DNA of 64,000 nucleotides from Vampirovibrio sp. (GCF_041737375.1 NZ_JBGSRV010000003.1:76522-140521); one strand, 5' to 3'; counted from the first letter of the stretch, positions 42,125-53,516 are shown. Notes: generated from the sequence alone by a model not told the origin. Translations and numbers: made by a program.

Positions 42125-42410
42125 GGGCCTGTAAGCCCCCGGCGGCCTGGGAGTGGGGTAAACCGGATTGTAAACGGTGGTATTCAGCGAGAAACCCTTT
42201 TTGTATGCAGACTTTATGGAATGGGTTGATTTCGTTTAGAAATCCGTGTGCCTATTGATTTTATAAAACAGAGCGCCCCTCTATTTTGCCCAAAAAACAG
42301 CAGAAGTTTAATGGGTTTTGTTTTCCAAATCGGGTTTCAGGCTATTTAACCCCTGTTTTTCATAAAAAATGGGGCGATTTTCGGAAAAAGAAGCTTGAAG
42401 GCAATCGGCC

Positions 42411-43922
42411 TCAGTCCATGCGAACTGGTCCCTTTATAATGGGATGATGGGAGGCTTTGGCAATGCCTCGCAACATGCCATTAAAAATCAGGTCGTGCAA
42501 GGGGGCCACCGCATACCAGTAAAGCAAACCACTCAGCCCCCGAGGGGCGAACCATGCGGTTTGGGCCAGTTCCAGCCGACCATTTTCCAGGGGAGTAATA
42601 TTAAACTCCAGCACGGCCAAACCCGGTACCTTCATTTCCGCCAGCAAGCGCAGGCGTTGGGGGGCATCCACGTTCAGCACCCGCCAAAAATCAAGGGCAT
42701 CCCCCGGATAAACCCGCTCCGGGTGCCGCCGTCCCCGGTGGCTGCCCACCCCGCCAAACAGCTTGTCCAGCAATCCACGCAGCGCCCAGAGCCAATCGCC
42801 GTAATACCAGCCGGTTTGTCCCCCAATGCGTACAATGGCATGCCACAAATCCTCAACGGAACCCTCCACCTCAATCAGGCGATGATCCTTGAAAATAGTG
42901 CCGCCCGCCCAATCGGGATCACCGGGGTAGCGGGTTTCTACCGGCGGAAGAAATCCGGCATCCGTCCAGTGACTTTCCACGTTTTGGCCCAAAATATTGT
43001 CCAGGGCCAGTCGAATGGCGTCTCGGGTGCTTAATAATTCCTGAGGAATAATATCCAGAATCCGGCTTTCCGCACAGACCACCGGATTGCGAAGCCCTTC
43101 GGCCAGCGGGCGGGCAATGCTGGCGGATACCGGGGTCACCAGATTAATCCAGTACGAGCTGAGCTTGGGGGTGAAAAACGGAATGGGAATAATCCAGCGC
43201 CGCCCCAGCCCCGCCTCATCGGAGTAAATTTCCATCAACTCTCGATAGGTCAGAATATCGTGTCCCCCAATATCATAGGTCTGTCCGGTGGTTTCCGGGT
43301 GTTGCAGACAGCCCAGCAAATAGTTCAGCACATTGCGAATGGCAATGGGCTGACAAGGGGTAGAGAGCCATTTGGGGGTAATCATCACTGGCAAGCGATC
43401 CACCAGATAGCGCAAAATTTCAAACGACGCACTGCCGGAACCAATAATCATGGCCGCCCGCAACACGGTAACCGGCACCCCACCGGTTGTTAAAATACGG
43501 GCCACTTCGGTGCGGGATTTCAAATGCTCGCTTAAATCGGCGTCATCTTCCCCCAGCCCGCTGAGATAAATAATGCGCTCCAGACCCACCTGCTCGGCCA
43601 CTTGCACCATGTTGTGGGCGGCCAGCCGATCGGTTTCCGCAAAATCCTTGGTGGTGGGGTCCATGGAATGCACCAGATAATAAACCGCATGGCAGCCTTC
43701 CGCCGCTTTTTGCAAAGAAGCCACGTTGGTCACATCAACGGAACATAACTCCACATTGGGATCCGAGGCCCAGTTTCGGCTTTTGAGTTTTTGGGTGGAA
43801 CGGCTGGCGGCCCGCACCCGATAGCCCGCTTGCAGCAAGCGAGGCACCAAGCGCCCCCCCACATACCCGGTGGCTCCCAGTACCAGAATTGTAGTCCGGC
43901 TCATCCGTTCATTCGGTTCCAT
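42411..43922 (-). CDS. NAD(P)-dependent epimerase/dehydratase (atypical SDR) fused to a DUF2867-like C-terminal domain
   Basis: Rossmann 'VLGATGYVGG' N-terminus and a ~200-aa C-terminal extension. Confidence 0.8.
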   Translation of the reverse strand: MEPNERMSRTTILVLGATGYVGGRLVPRLLQAGYRVRAASRSTQKLKSRNWASDPNVELCSVDVTNVASLQKAAEGCHAVYYLVHSMDPTTKDFAETDRLAAHNMVQVAEQVGLERIIYLSGLGEDDADLSEHLKSRTEVARILTTGGVPVTVLRAAMIIGSGSASFEILRYLVDRLPVMITPKWLSTPCQPIAIRNVLNYLLGCLQHPETTGQTYDIGGHDILTYRELMEIYSDEAGLGRRWIIPIPFFTPKLSSYWINLVTPVSASIARPLAEGLRNPVVCAESRILDIIPQELLSTRDAIRLALDNILGQNVESHWTDAGFLPPVETRYPGDPDWAGGTIFKDHRLIEVEGSVEDLWHAIVRIGGQTGWYYGDWLWALRGLLDKLFGGVGSHRGRRHPERVYPGDALDFWRVLNVDAPQRLRLLAEMKVPGLAVLEFNITPLENGRLELAQTAWFAPRGLSGLLYWYAVAPLHDLIFNGMLRGIAKASHHPIIKGPVRMD

Positions 43923-43991
43923 GCAAGTCTCCTGATTTCAACACTGGTTACAACAGGGCTAGGGAGGGAAGGCAGAAGTCAGAGAGGCGAT

Positions 43992-44390
43992 TCAGACTGG
44001 CCGACTCATCTGACCGCTCAAACTTTCCTGCATAACGGTTAAAAAGGCGTCCATTACCACCGGATGCTCTCCAGCCGGGGGCAAAACCTGCACCTCTAGA
44101 CCCTCAAAGGCGGTCATGGCCTGATCCGCCAAGCGGGGAATATCCTGACTGACATGCCCCCCGGCGGACATAAACAACGGCAATACCGTAAGCTTTCGAA
44201 TGCCTTCATTATACGCCTGTTCCGATACATCCAGTAAGGACGGCGAACACATTTCCATATAGGCCAAATCCAGTGAGGCATCCCCAAATTGCTGGCGGGC
44301 CAGACTTAGCAAACGCAAAAAGGTATCCTGCCAGCGGGGATCACGGCTGCCATGCGCCAGCAAAACCAGACGGGAAGTAGCTTGAGTCAT
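43992..44390 (-). CDS. cbiX: Sirohydrochlorin chelatase CbiX (short form)
   Basis: 'LLAHGSRDPRW' and 'LPLFMSAGGHV' CbiX motifs. The ATG at 44390 lies inside the track ORF. Confidence 0.8.
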   Translation of the reverse strand: MTQATSRLVLLAHGSRDPRWQDTFLRLLSLARQQFGDASLDLAYMEMCSPSLLDVSEQAYNEGIRKLTVLPLFMSAGGHVSQDIPRLADQAMTAFEGLEVQVLPPAGEHPVVMDAFLTVMQESLSGQMSRPV

Positions 44391-44459
44391 GATTCGGAAC
44401 TCCTTGTTAGATTTTAAGGTCAAATTGCCTGGGTCAAATCCCGTTAAGATCAATGCTGA

Positions 44460-45734
44460 TCAGGTGGTCAGCGCCGGTGCTTTCAACGCCTCTAAAATAG
44501 CGTTGGCCGCCCGCCGCCCGGTGGCCATGGCCCCGTTGATGGACGGGGTATCCAGATAATCGCCGCAACTAAACAGGCCCGGAGCCAGTTGCACCGGTTG
44601 AGGGGTCAGCGTGTTGGGCGGTACCGTAAAGCGAGGCAAGGCCCGACGAATGGGGTAAGCCTTCAAAAAGCGCCATTCATCCACGCTATCGCCAAACCAC
44701 ACCCGCAATTCCTCAATCACCGCTTTCACCAGCGGCTCTGGCTGCAAGCTGTTTTCCAGTACCGATACCGAAATTAAATGCTGACCCTCAGGCGCATAGG
44801 AAGGGGCCACCAAACTGGGCACGCACAAATTGTTCACCAGCTGGCCCGATACCCCGTTCAGCGCCAGAATGGGCAAATCCAAAGGCGCTGTTTGGGCCGC
44901 AAAATAAAGGCAATGGGCCTGATTAAACGATCGGGGAGTCGTTTGAGGCAGTAAACTGAGCGCATCCAGCGCATCGGTGGCCACTAAAACACACTTGGCT
45001 TGAACCAGTTCTCCAGTTTCCAGCCTTACCCCATCCGGCTGAACGCTGGATACCCGGCGGTTCAGAAAAATGGCGTCTTCCGGTAAGCCTTCAGCCAATT
45101 GGCGGGGAATGGCCCCCATGCCCTCAGCCGGTAACACCACATCGCCGGTGGAAAACATGCGAAACACGAACTCAAAAAAGCGGCTGGAAGTGGCCAAATC
45201 CGGCTCCAGAAAAATGCCGCCCAGGAAGGGCCGGAAAAACACATCCACCATCCCCTCCGAAAAGCCAAACGCTTTTAAATACTCACGGGTGGTGGTTTCT
45301 GGAGAAGTCCAGTAAGCGTCAGCAGGCTGGGTAATCAGTTTTTGACGCAGCTCGGCCACTTTCAGCTTGTCCTTCAAGGTGCCAATTTTGTTGTACACGC
45401 TTTGCAGCCCATCCACCGGATGTCGCCAAGGGTCGGCCACTTTCTGAAAGTCGTGGCCGGTCCAGATCAGGGAGCCATTGTAAAAAGGCTTCAAGGCCAA
45501 AAAATTGTAGTTGAGCAAAGCCCGAGCTTCCGGATAGGCCGATAAAAGCACCTGAAACCCGTGATCCAGTAAAAACCCTTCGTGCTGATCGGTTTTAACC
45601 CGTCCGCCCACCGAATCCGAGGCTTCTAGCACCAAGCAGGAAAATCCTTGCTCAAAAATCAGGCGCGCCGCGGTTAATCCGGCCAGTCCGGCGCCAATGA
45701 TCAAAACGTCATATGGGGTTTGAGACATGCCCAC
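44460..45734 (-). CDS. FAD-dependent oxidoreductase (amine-oxidase / phytoene-desaturase-like)
   Basis: N-terminal dinucleotide-binding 'VLIIGAGLAGLTAA...LEASDSVGGR'. Confidence 0.85.
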   Translation of the reverse strand: MGMSQTPYDVLIIGAGLAGLTAARLIFEQGFSCLVLEASDSVGGRVKTDQHEGFLLDHGFQVLLSAYPEARALLNYNFLALKPFYNGSLIWTGHDFQKVADPWRHPVDGLQSVYNKIGTLKDKLKVAELRQKLITQPADAYWTSPETTTREYLKAFGFSEGMVDVFFRPFLGGIFLEPDLATSSRFFEFVFRMFSTGDVVLPAEGMGAIPRQLAEGLPEDAIFLNRRVSSVQPDGVRLETGELVQAKCVLVATDALDALSLLPQTTPRSFNQAHCLYFAAQTAPLDLPILALNGVSGQLVNNLCVPSLVAPSYAPEGQHLISVSVLENSLQPEPLVKAVIEELRVWFGDSVDEWRFLKAYPIRRALPRFTVPPNTLTPQPVQLAPGLFSCGDYLDTPSINGAMATGRRAANAILEALKAPALTT

Positions 45735-46109
45735 CTCTTTAAAAAAACCTTATAAAAGAAAAGACCACACGATTGTGTGATCAAAGAGTTCTCGTCGTAT
45801 TATCCAGGATTTTGTATAAAGAGTCAGTTGTTAAGTTGACTATTGCGTTAGTACCAGAATGAAAAATGGTTGGCTTGAAAAACATTGGCTTATAAACCTG
45901 TATACCGAAAGGTATAAAAGAATAATAGATCCGTTTCAGAAAAAGTCAAGCCGAGCTTCTGGTTTTTATTGACTACGCCAGCATTGGGGGGCCAGGCTGG
46001 ACCTACCGTATGGTATGATCAATAGATTCCATTACCTGAATGCGCCTTGGAATGCCACGCAAATTCCTCTTGCGGCCTTCCGGGCCTCGCCAACTGAGCC
46101 TATTGACCC

Positions 46110-46802
46110 ATGACCCCCCAACCCCCTGATCCCAAAGCCACCACCGGCAAACCCAGACCTGTGGATGCCCGTGGCGAAATCCTGCACCACGCCAAAATCC
46201 TGTTTCGGGAAAAAGGCTTCAGCTCGGTTTCCATGAACGATTTGGTGAATGTGGTGGGGCTTACCAAGCCCACCATTTATTATCACTTTACGGACAAGGA
46301 AACCCTGTTTAGCGAAGTGCTGGTGGAAATGATGCGCCACGGCAGCGAAATGCTGGTGGCCGGTGTAAAGCGCTGCAAGGGCTGCCGGGAAAAGCTGTAC
46401 AAAATGGCGGAAGGGTATTTTCGGTTTTCGCCCACCTCATTAAGCACCATGGTGCGTGATTCCAGCCAGCACTTAACTGAGGCGCACCTTAAAAAAGTAA
46501 TGGAAGCCCACCAGTTTTACTTGCTAAAACCGGTGGAAAGCATTTTTGAGGAGGGCATTCAGGCAGGCGAAATCAAAGCCACCGAAGATCCCCAAAAACT
46601 GGCTTTTTACTTTGTGAGCTGGATTGATACCATGACCACCTTAAAAGCCGCCTACGAGGGTCGATCCTTTGAAACACGGAAAAACGCCGAAACCATGGTA
46701 AATATTTTCCTGCACGGGGTAGCCCCGCCAGTCTCTAACGGTGGGCTGTCGCCCTCAGGCACTAACGGCGGATTGGCCCAATCCCCAGAAGAGACAGCCT
46801 GA
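46110..46802 (+). CDS. TetR-family transcriptional regulator
   Basis: N-terminal TetR HTH ([25 protein letters not shown]). Its stop overlaps the photolyase start (TGATG). Confidence 0.85.
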   Translation: MTPQPPDPKATTGKPRPVDARGEILHHAKILFREKGFSSVSMNDLVNVVGLTKPTIYYHFTDKETLFSEVLVEMMRHGSEMLVAGVKRCKGCREKLYKMAEGYFRFSPTSLSTMVRDSSQHLTEAHLKKVMEAHQFYLLKPVESIFEEGIQAGEIKATEDPQKLAFYFVSWIDTMTTLKAAYEGRSFETRKNAETMVNIFLHGVAPPVSNGGLSPSGTNGGLAQSPEETA

Positions 46803-48250
46803 TGTCCGTGAAAAGCGTTCTGGTCTGGTTTCGACAAGATTTACGGCTGGCCGATAACCCCGCCTTACAGGCCGCCGAAAAAACCACCCTACCCGTGATT
46901 CCCGTTTATATTTGGGACACCGAGGCCGAAGGCAACTGGGCCATTGGGGCCGCCGATCGGGTCTGGTTTCACCATTCGTTACAATCGCTGGCCCAAGGGC
47001 TGCAAGCCCTGCAATCGCAGCTCATCATTCAGGCGGGCCACACCGGCACTCACTTACTGGCGCTGGCCCAGCAAAGCAAAGCCACCCAAATTCACTGCAA
47101 CGCCCGCTACGAGCCGCAGGCCATTCTGCAACAGCAGGCCCTGCAAAGCCTGCTGGCCAGCCAAGGAGTTGAACTGGTCATTCATGAAGGCGGCACCCTG
47201 CTTTGGGAGCCCCATAGCATTGAAACCGGAAGTAAAAAACCATATCAGGTGTACACCCCGTTTTTTAAACGGTGTCTGGAATCGATTCCGTCGCTGGAGC
47301 CGTTACCCAGCCCCCAGCATCTTAAAGCGCCGAGCCAGTGGCCAGAGAGCCTTAAACTGGAACAATTGAACCTGCTGCCTGCCATCCCATGGGATCGGGA
47401 AATGCGGGCCTTTTGGCAACCGGGGGAACCACAGGCCCATGAGTTGCTGGCCACTTTTATGGCCCACAAGCAAAAAAACTACGGCACCGCCCGAGACATC
47501 CCGTCGGTGGATGGAACCTCCCGCCTGTCGGCTTATTTGCGGCACGGGGAAATCTCACCCCGCCAAATCTGGCATGCCATCACGGAGGCTGAGGATAAAG
47601 CGGGCGGCAAGGATTATTTGCGGGAAATTGCATGGCGAGAATTTGCCTACCATGTGTTGTTTCATTTTCCGCACACCACCGATAGCGCCCTAAAGTCCAA
47701 GTTTAACGATTTGCCCTGGACCCTGAATGCCGAATATTTTGAGCGCTGGACGCAAGGGCAAACCGGCTACCCCATTATTGATGCCGGTATGCGGCAACTC
47801 TGGCGCATTGGCTGGATGCACAACCGGGTGCGTATGATTGTGGGTTCTTTTTTAACCAAGGATTTAATGATTTCCTGGCACGATGGGGCCCGCTGGTTTT
47901 GGGACACGCTGGTGGACGCCGATTTGGCCCAAAACAGCCTGAACTGGCAATGGGTGGGCGGTTGTGGGGCCGATGCCCAGCCCTTTTTCCGTATTTTCAA
48001 CCCCATGACCCAAAGCAAAAAGTTTGATCCTGAAGGCCGCTATATTCGCCAATGGGTACCGGAACTGGCCCAATTGCCCGCCCAGTATATTCACGAGCCT
48101 TGGGAGGCCCCCCCGCTGGTTTTGCTCAACGCTGGCATTCAACTGGGCAAAACCTACCCCCACCCCATCGTGGACCACGCCACGGCCCGCAATCACGCCT
48201 TAAAGCTGTATAAAAGCATGGCAGACCCTGCGGCCACCCCCACCGCTTAA
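46802..48250 (+). CDS. phr: Deoxyribodipyrimidine photolyase (CPD photolyase / cryptochrome family)
   Basis: N-terminal '[16 protein letters not shown]' and a C-terminal FAD-binding region ([18 protein letters not shown]...WQWVGGCG). Confidence 0.9.
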   Translation: MSVKSVLVWFRQDLRLADNPALQAAEKTTLPVIPVYIWDTEAEGNWAIGAADRVWFHHSLQSLAQGLQALQSQLIIQAGHTGTHLLALAQQSKATQIHCNARYEPQAILQQQALQSLLASQGVELVIHEGGTLLWEPHSIETGSKKPYQVYTPFFKRCLESIPSLEPLPSPQHLKAPSQWPESLKLEQLNLLPAIPWDREMRAFWQPGEPQAHELLATFMAHKQKNYGTARDIPSVDGTSRLSAYLRHGEISPRQIWHAITEAEDKAGGKDYLREIAWREFAYHVLFHFPHTTDSALKSKFNDLPWTLNAEYFERWTQGQTGYPIIDAGMRQLWRIGWMHNRVRMIVGSFLTKDLMISWHDGARWFWDTLVDADLAQNSLNWQWVGGCGADAQPFFRIFNPMTQSKKFDPEGRYIRQWVPELAQLPAQYIHEPWEAPPLVLLNAGIQLGKTYPHPIVDHATARNHALKLYKSMADPAATPTA

Positions 48251-48377
48251 CCTCCGGCCTCCCACGTAAGCATCTCCAGCGACGGCCTTTGGATTGGCAA
48301 AGCGACGCAACATTTACCCCAATTTAGCAAGACGCAACAAGGTCGCTTTGCTGCTTCTTAAACCTTCTTGCCCCTTT

Positions 48378-50180
48378 TTACCCGTGCTGTTCCCGTTCCC
48401 AGTCCCAGGCTTCTTCGGCGGCATTCAATTCAAACTGATGGCGCATGGCAGGGCTAATGGCCAGCAACAGTTCATTAAACACCATGCGGGCTGATTTATC
48501 GGCAAACGCAATCACCGCCCCTTCATGCTCGGAGCGTTTCTCCAGCCACTGGGCAATCAGGCGGGATTCTTCATAGAGAGATTTGGGAATGGGCTGACCC
48601 GCAGCGGCCGTGTGCGAGTCCAGCGCATCGAGCGCCTGCTGAATCCAGAGGATCATGGCATCCCAGTCCAGCAGAACAGGATCAATGGTTTTCCACTGAT
48701 GGGGCTGCCCCTGCAACACGCTAAGCAGGCGGAAGCATCCGGGCTCTTGCGCGGGCAGCACAATCAGGCAATGGCGCAGGGTGACCGCCTGAATGAGCCG
48801 ATAACTGGTTTGCCGAAAGCGCCCCAATAATTCCAGTTGTTCCTGAATCAGGGCGGCCTTTTCAAAGCGCAACGCCTCCACATAAGCCTCTCGCTTGGCG
48901 GTCAGTCCATCCAGGGCGTTGCAGGGCTGCTGGGCCAAAAAGCGCAGGAAATCGGCCACCCGCTCCTGATAGTCAGCCTCATTGATTTTTCCGGCACAGG
49001 GGCCACTACACAACCCCAACTGATACTGCATGCACGGGCTGGCCCGATGCGCCTCAAACTTGCGATCCGAGCAATCCCGCAACTGAAAACTACGGTTCAA
49101 TACTTCCAGCCTGTTTTTTAGAGAAGACAGCCCGTGAAAGGGGCCAAAATAGGCCAGTTCAGGATTGTCGCTATCCTCGCTCAGGCTTAGGCGGGGAAAC
49201 CGGGCGTTGACGGACACGGCCATAAACACCATTTGCTGATAATCTTTAACTTTTTGATTAAAAAACGGCTGATGCTGTTTAATGAGGCGAGATTCCAGAA
49301 TCAGGGCCTCCAGCTCTGAGCCCACCACCATCACCTCAATCTGGGTCACCTGGCGCATCATCACCGCAATTTTGGAGGGCAAACGGGATTGCTTCTGAAA
49401 ATAGCTTCTCAGTCGCACTTTCAAATTTTTGGCCTTACCCACATATAAAATTTCGCCCATCCGGTTTTTCATTAAATACACACCGGGCTGGGCCGGGTAA
49501 TCCTTCAAGCGATTGCGATCAAAGGGCAACTCATTTCGGGTGCGATACACCCGCACCGGCACACCGGGACAAAAATCCAGCAGTTGGGCAAATTGGGTAA
49601 CCCCTTGCTTGCCCAGCAAATCCAGCAGCTTTAAAAACACTTTGGCCCCAATAATGGCGGCATTTTCAGTGCGAGCCAGCCCATCGGTTTCCAGGCCCCA
49701 GTGGGCGGCCCAATGGTTCAGCCCATGGCGGGGCAAATCGGGCAATAATTTTTGGGCCAGATTGAGCAGAAAAAACTGGCGATCCCGTGGCTGAGTGAGC
49801 TTGAAATAGCGGTGAACGGCGTTGGTTGTTCCGGGCGGATTGGCCCACAAAATCACATCCCGCTCCACAAAGGCGGCCAGCTCCGGCAAAACGGATTCCA
49901 GCGGCGGGCATTCCCGCAAGCTTTGGGTATAAATGCCGGTTTTGCGGGTAAATTCCTCAGGCAAGGCATGGGGTGGGCTGAATCGCATATGCAACGTTTC
50001 GGCGATGCGAGCGTCTCGAATTTTAACGCAAGCCAGTTCCACCACGTCCGAGTTGGACTGAAGATCGTTGACCGTTTTTACGCAGATCAACGTAAACCGA
50101 ATATCGGACAAAGGGGCTATGGGGGGCATAAAACTCTCTGGGGTGGACAGCCGTAAGCGGAAACGCCCGCCTGAAACCAT
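48378..50180 (-). CDS. UvrC-homologue (Cho-like) GIY-YIG endonuclease with an N-terminal ~190-aa extension
   Basis: GIY-YIG (GVYLMKN...ILYVGKAKNLKVRLRSYF) and the UvrC Cys-rich module (CSDRK...CMQYQLGLCSGPCAG). The N-terminal region is only weakly DnaQ-like and lacks the canonical DxE / HNxxFD residues. A start at ATG 50129 is possible. Confidence 0.7.
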   Translation of the reverse strand: MVSGGRFRLRLSTPESFMPPIAPLSDIRFTLICVKTVNDLQSNSDVVELACVKIRDARIAETLHMRFSPPHALPEEFTRKTGIYTQSLRECPPLESVLPELAAFVERDVILWANPPGTTNAVHRYFKLTQPRDRQFFLLNLAQKLLPDLPRHGLNHWAAHWGLETDGLARTENAAIIGAKVFLKLLDLLGKQGVTQFAQLLDFCPGVPVRVYRTRNELPFDRNRLKDYPAQPGVYLMKNRMGEILYVGKAKNLKVRLRSYFQKQSRLPSKIAVMMRQVTQIEVMVVGSELEALILESRLIKQHQPFFNQKVKDYQQMVFMAVSVNARFPRLSLSEDSDNPELAYFGPFHGLSSLKNRLEVLNRSFQLRDCSDRKFEAHRASPCMQYQLGLCSGPCAGKINEADYQERVADFLRFLAQQPCNALDGLTAKREAYVEALRFEKAALIQEQLELLGRFRQTSYRLIQAVTLRHCLIVLPAQEPGCFRLLSVLQGQPHQWKTIDPVLLDWDAMILWIQQALDALDSHTAAAGQPIPKSLYEESRLIAQWLEKRSEHEGAVIAFADKSARMVFNELLLAISPAMRHQFELNAAEEAWDWEREQHG

Positions 50181-50443
50181 AAAAAGTCAACACTTCCAGA
50201 CTCCCGTCCAGTATCCCGGCTGACTTTTCTGATTTGTAACGGGCTTGTTATATTCTAGCATCCGATGGCCTCCCTCGTCGCCCCCCAACCTAAAAGAAAC
50301 AGGTGATCACCGGCAGGCGATCAGGGTACAATAAGTCTGCCGGAACCGGCGCCCCAAGCTTTTTAAAGTGCCTCCTTAATAAATAAAAAGAAAACTTTAA
50401 AAACCCAAAATCAGCGTTAAAACACCCAAAAGGAGATTCCACC

Positions 50444-50914
50444 ATGAGCGAGAAAGCAACATTTGCCGCTGGCTGCTTCTGGGGCATTGAAGATGCCTTT
50501 GCGCAGCAAACCGGGGTTATTTCCACCCAGGTGGGCTACACCGGCGGACATACCGAAAACCCCGTTTATCGGGAAGTGTGCGACGGAAACACCGGGCATG
50601 CCGAAGCGGTGCTGGTTGAATTCGATCCCGCCCAAATTTCCTATGCAGACTTGCTTAACCTGTTTTGGCGATTGCATGATCCCACCACCCTGAACCGTCA
50701 GGGGCCGGATGTGGGCAGTCAGTACCATTCGGCCATTTACTACCACACCGATCAGCAACAGGCCGAAGCCACCGCCGCCAAAGCGGATTTGAACCAGTCT
50801 GGCAAATTGCCCCGGCCAGTGGTGACCGAAATCACCCCGGCGGCTCATTTTTACCCGGCAGAAGAGTACCACCAGAAATACAACCAAAAACATGGCCGCC
50901 ACTGCGCCATTTAA
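50444..50914 (+). CDS. msrA: Peptide-methionine (S)-S-oxide reductase MsrA
   Basis: The 'AGCFWG' active-site motif and full MsrA length. Confidence 0.95.
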   Translation: MSEKATFAAGCFWGIEDAFAQQTGVISTQVGYTGGHTENPVYREVCDGNTGHAEAVLVEFDPAQISYADLLNLFWRLHDPTTLNRQGPDVGSQYHSAIYYHTDQQQAEATAAKADLNQSGKLPRPVVTEITPAAHFYPAEEYHQKYNQKHGRHCAI

Positions 50915-51022
50915 ACCCTGATTGGTTCAATCCCAATTTGATAAACACGAATTTGGCCCGTCCAAATCTCAGTTTTTCATTTTTTGGGTTGCCGTTTTCT
51001 TGCTGTTTTAATGTCGCTGGGC

Positions 51023-51054
51023 AAAAAAAAGCCTGTCCCTTGGGGGGAACAGGC
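51023..51054 (-). terminator. Rho-independent terminator for the minus-strand gene 51102-51953
   Basis: gcctgtccc / gggaacaggc 9-bp stem preceded on the plus strand by A8. This gives a U-run on the minus-strand transcript. Confidence 0.55.
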
Positions 51055-51101
51055 AGGCAATTGTCTAGTCAGTTTGCGTTGTGGTTTAGGGGGAGAGAAA
51101 A

Positions 51102-51953
51102 TTACTGAAACTGTTTCAGATAGTTGGCAATGGTATCTTTTTGAAAGCCGGTTAACCGGGCCAGTTGGGTGGCCACGGTATCGGCGTTGGCTTGCAAATA
51201 TCCCCGAAGCGATCCGCTGTTTTTGGCATACAGTTCAGCCCCGTATTTCAGCACGCTAGACAACACTCCCGCATCCAGCATGTGCCGAATATTATCCGGG
51301 GTCAGCTGGGCTTCCAGCAGTTTAATGGCCGGTTCGGGCAACGATTTGGCGGCCACCCCCAGCACCGTGGTTTTCAGAATATTCACGCACCAGTCGGACT
51401 TGGCGAAAGTCAATAAACCTTGTCCGCCTTTGCTACTGAACCAGCTGGCCACCGTTTCCGGCTTGATGCCCAACGACTGAAGCGTCTCAAAGCCTTGTTT
51501 CAAGCTGGGAAAAACCTTCGATCCCGTCGCTTGTGACGCGCTTTCGGCAGATGCTTTGGAAAGCGTCTCGCTGACTTGGCCCACCGCTTTGCCGACAACG
51601 GCTTCTGTCAAATTTTCGGCCAGGGTTTTGCCAACTCCGCTCAGCAGCCGCTTGCCCACCCAGTACAAGCCCACCGATACACCCGCCCCCACCAGCAGTT
51701 TTTTAAGCCACGACTTTTTGGGAGACGCCGCCGAATTGATAGCCGGAGGTTGCCCCCACACACTGGCGGACTGATACCCAAAGGCATCAGGAGGCGTGGA
51801 CCACGAGGGATAAGCGGCGTTGCCGTTGCCAAACACCAACTGCCCCCCGTTGGACCCGACAGAAGCCGCTGGCTGGTAAGAGGCCTGTAAGTGGCGCAAG
51901 CATTCATTCAGAGCGGTTTGGTACTGTGTGTTGGAAGCGTAATATTGAGCCAT
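51102..51953 (-). CDS. Hypothetical single-pass membrane protein (paralogue A of a three-member family)
   Basis: Q/Y/P-rich N-terminus, then 'SPKKSWLKKLLVGAGVSVGLYWVG' (TM), then a soluble C-terminal domain. Confidence 0.5.
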   Translation of the reverse strand: MAQYYASNTQYQTALNECLRHLQASYQPAASVGSNGGQLVFGNGNAAYPSWSTPPDAFGYQSASVWGQPPAINSAASPKKSWLKKLLVGAGVSVGLYWVGKRLLSGVGKTLAENLTEAVVGKAVGQVSETLSKASAESASQATGSKVFPSLKQGFETLQSLGIKPETVASWFSSKGGQGLLTFAKSDWCVNILKTTVLGVAAKSLPEPAIKLLEAQLTPDNIRHMLDAGVLSSVLKYGAELYAKNSGSLRGYLQANADTVATQLARLTGFQKDTIANYLKQFQ

Positions 51954-52324
51954 CGAACCAATCCTTATGAGTGCTTACCTGTGTGCTTACAAAAAAAGTG
52001 GGGTACACTTTAAAATGCTTGTGTAGGTATTAAGAAAAACTAAAACGCCTTTGTGTTGGCCAAATTACCTATTTCGTATAGGTAATTTCTCCCAGATTGA
52101 GCCAGATGAGGATTGATTGGGATTGATTAAGGGCGTTGCCAGCGTGCCCTTCCCCCGAGCTGGTCCGCAAAAAAATCAAACGCAAAAAATAAAACCCCAA
52201 AAAATCAAACAAGCCCAATCCCTTATTTAAGGATTGAACCTGTTTGATGAACCGGTTTGATTGTGAAGGCCTAAACCCAAACAGCGGTCGGTGGGGAAGT
52301 TCTTCCCCCTAGAACCCGCCAGCC

Positions 52325-52759
52325 TTAGGCCACCTGATTCAGGTTTTGACCCACGGTTTCCGCTTGCAAGGCTGCTTCCAGCTTGCTGGCCTGAGCCAGT
52401 GCTTGCAAGGCCGACAGATTGGCCCCTTTGGCGCTATAGGCCGCGCCGCCGCTGGTGTGGAAATCGGCCAGTTGGGCCAACTGCTTGGCCTTTTGCAAGT
52501 AAACAATATCACCACCGCCTGCGGCAAAAAACAGTTGAGCCAGGGCTTGCTCGGCCAAGGCGCTTGCGTTTTGGGCCGTTTGTTCTTCCGTAAGTTGTTC
52601 CGGGGTGATTGGTTCCGGGGTGTTTTTTTCGGGCTGAAGCGAGGCGGACTTCTTTTTCTCTTGCGCTTGGGCCGACTTGGCCCCAAATTGGGGATTAAGA
52701 GCCGATTTGGGTTGATTGAAACTGGTTGCGGTAATGGTCATAATCAATGCCTTTTTCAA
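52325..52759 (-). CDS. Hypothetical Ala/Gln-rich protein
   Basis: 144-aa low-complexity ORF between paralogues A and B. Start uncertain. Confidence 0.3.
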   Translation of the reverse strand: MKKALIMTITATSFNQPKSALNPQFGAKSAQAQEKKKSASLQPEKNTPEPITPEQLTEEQTAQNASALAEQALAQLFFAAGGGDIVYLQKAKQLAQLADFHTSGGAAYSAKGANLSALQALAQASKLEAALQAETVGQNLNQVA

Positions 52760-52970
52760 TGCGGGGGAGGGAACAAAACGTTCATTGCTGAACTGTGTTT
52801 ATATCAACGAATGCCCCGGTGGTTTTTGACTGCGCCAAATCTCCCAGATTCATAGGTCATTTGTCTCATCTTCAAAAAAATCACGTCCAAACCCCATTAA
52901 AAAACCCCCGCTAATATAATATAGCGAGGGTTTTTGATGTTTTAAGCTTATTGGCTTTGATTTCAGGGCC

Positions 52971-53426
52971 TTAACCAAACCATCCGCTGATCCAGTTTTT
53001 GGCTTTGCCCACAATACCCGTAGCCTCAGGCAAAGCGTTGGGGGCTTTGCCCAATAACCGTTCCGCCTGAACGAAAATTTCCTGGCCATAATGCCCCAGC
53101 GTTTGACCCGCCCGAGTAGCGGCGGCCGACTGAAAGGGCTTTTGAATCAATTCAGGCGTATAAGCAAGCACCGTTTGAGCGGCATTGGGAAAGTAGCGTT
53201 TCAAAGCGATTCCGCCCAGCAAAACCCCGCCTGCCACGGCGGTTCCTTTCAGCAAGGTTTTGAAAAAACCGGATTTTTTCTGGGGCGGCTCACCAAGGGC
53301 CAACAAATCCTGAGTGGTGAGGATTGAGCCGTAACGACCCGGAATGACCTGAAAAGGAGCAGGACGCCTTCCCCCATTCAAGGGAGGCTGGGGGGCGTAA
53401 AAACCGGATTGAATGGTATTGGGCAT
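52971..53426 (-). CDS. Hypothetical single-pass membrane protein (paralogue B)
   Basis: P/Q-rich N-terminus, then 'PQKKSGFFKTLLKGTAVAGGVLLGGIAL' (TM), then a short C-terminal domain. Confidence 0.45.
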   Translation of the reverse strand: MPNTIQSGFYAPQPPLNGGRRPAPFQVIPGRYGSILTTQDLLALGEPPQKKSGFFKTLLKGTAVAGGVLLGGIALKRYFPNAAQTVLAYTPELIQKPFQSAAATRAGQTLGHYGQEIFVQAERLLGKAPNALPEATGIVGKAKNWISGWFG

Positions 53427-53516
53427 AATTCATTCACCTATACAAGTTAGTGGCGTTGAAGTGATTGGTAGGCATATAAAAACCAAATGGCTCAAGTCTG
53501 TGCTGGGAGTTTTCCC

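Noticed and set aside
48378-50180. Calling the N-terminal domain of the Cho-like protein an active DnaQ 3'-5' exonuclease
   Set aside because: The positions where Exo I (DxE) and Exo II (HNxxFD) motifs should lie read ICVKT and LWANPP. I therefore only claim a weak or degenerate resemblance.
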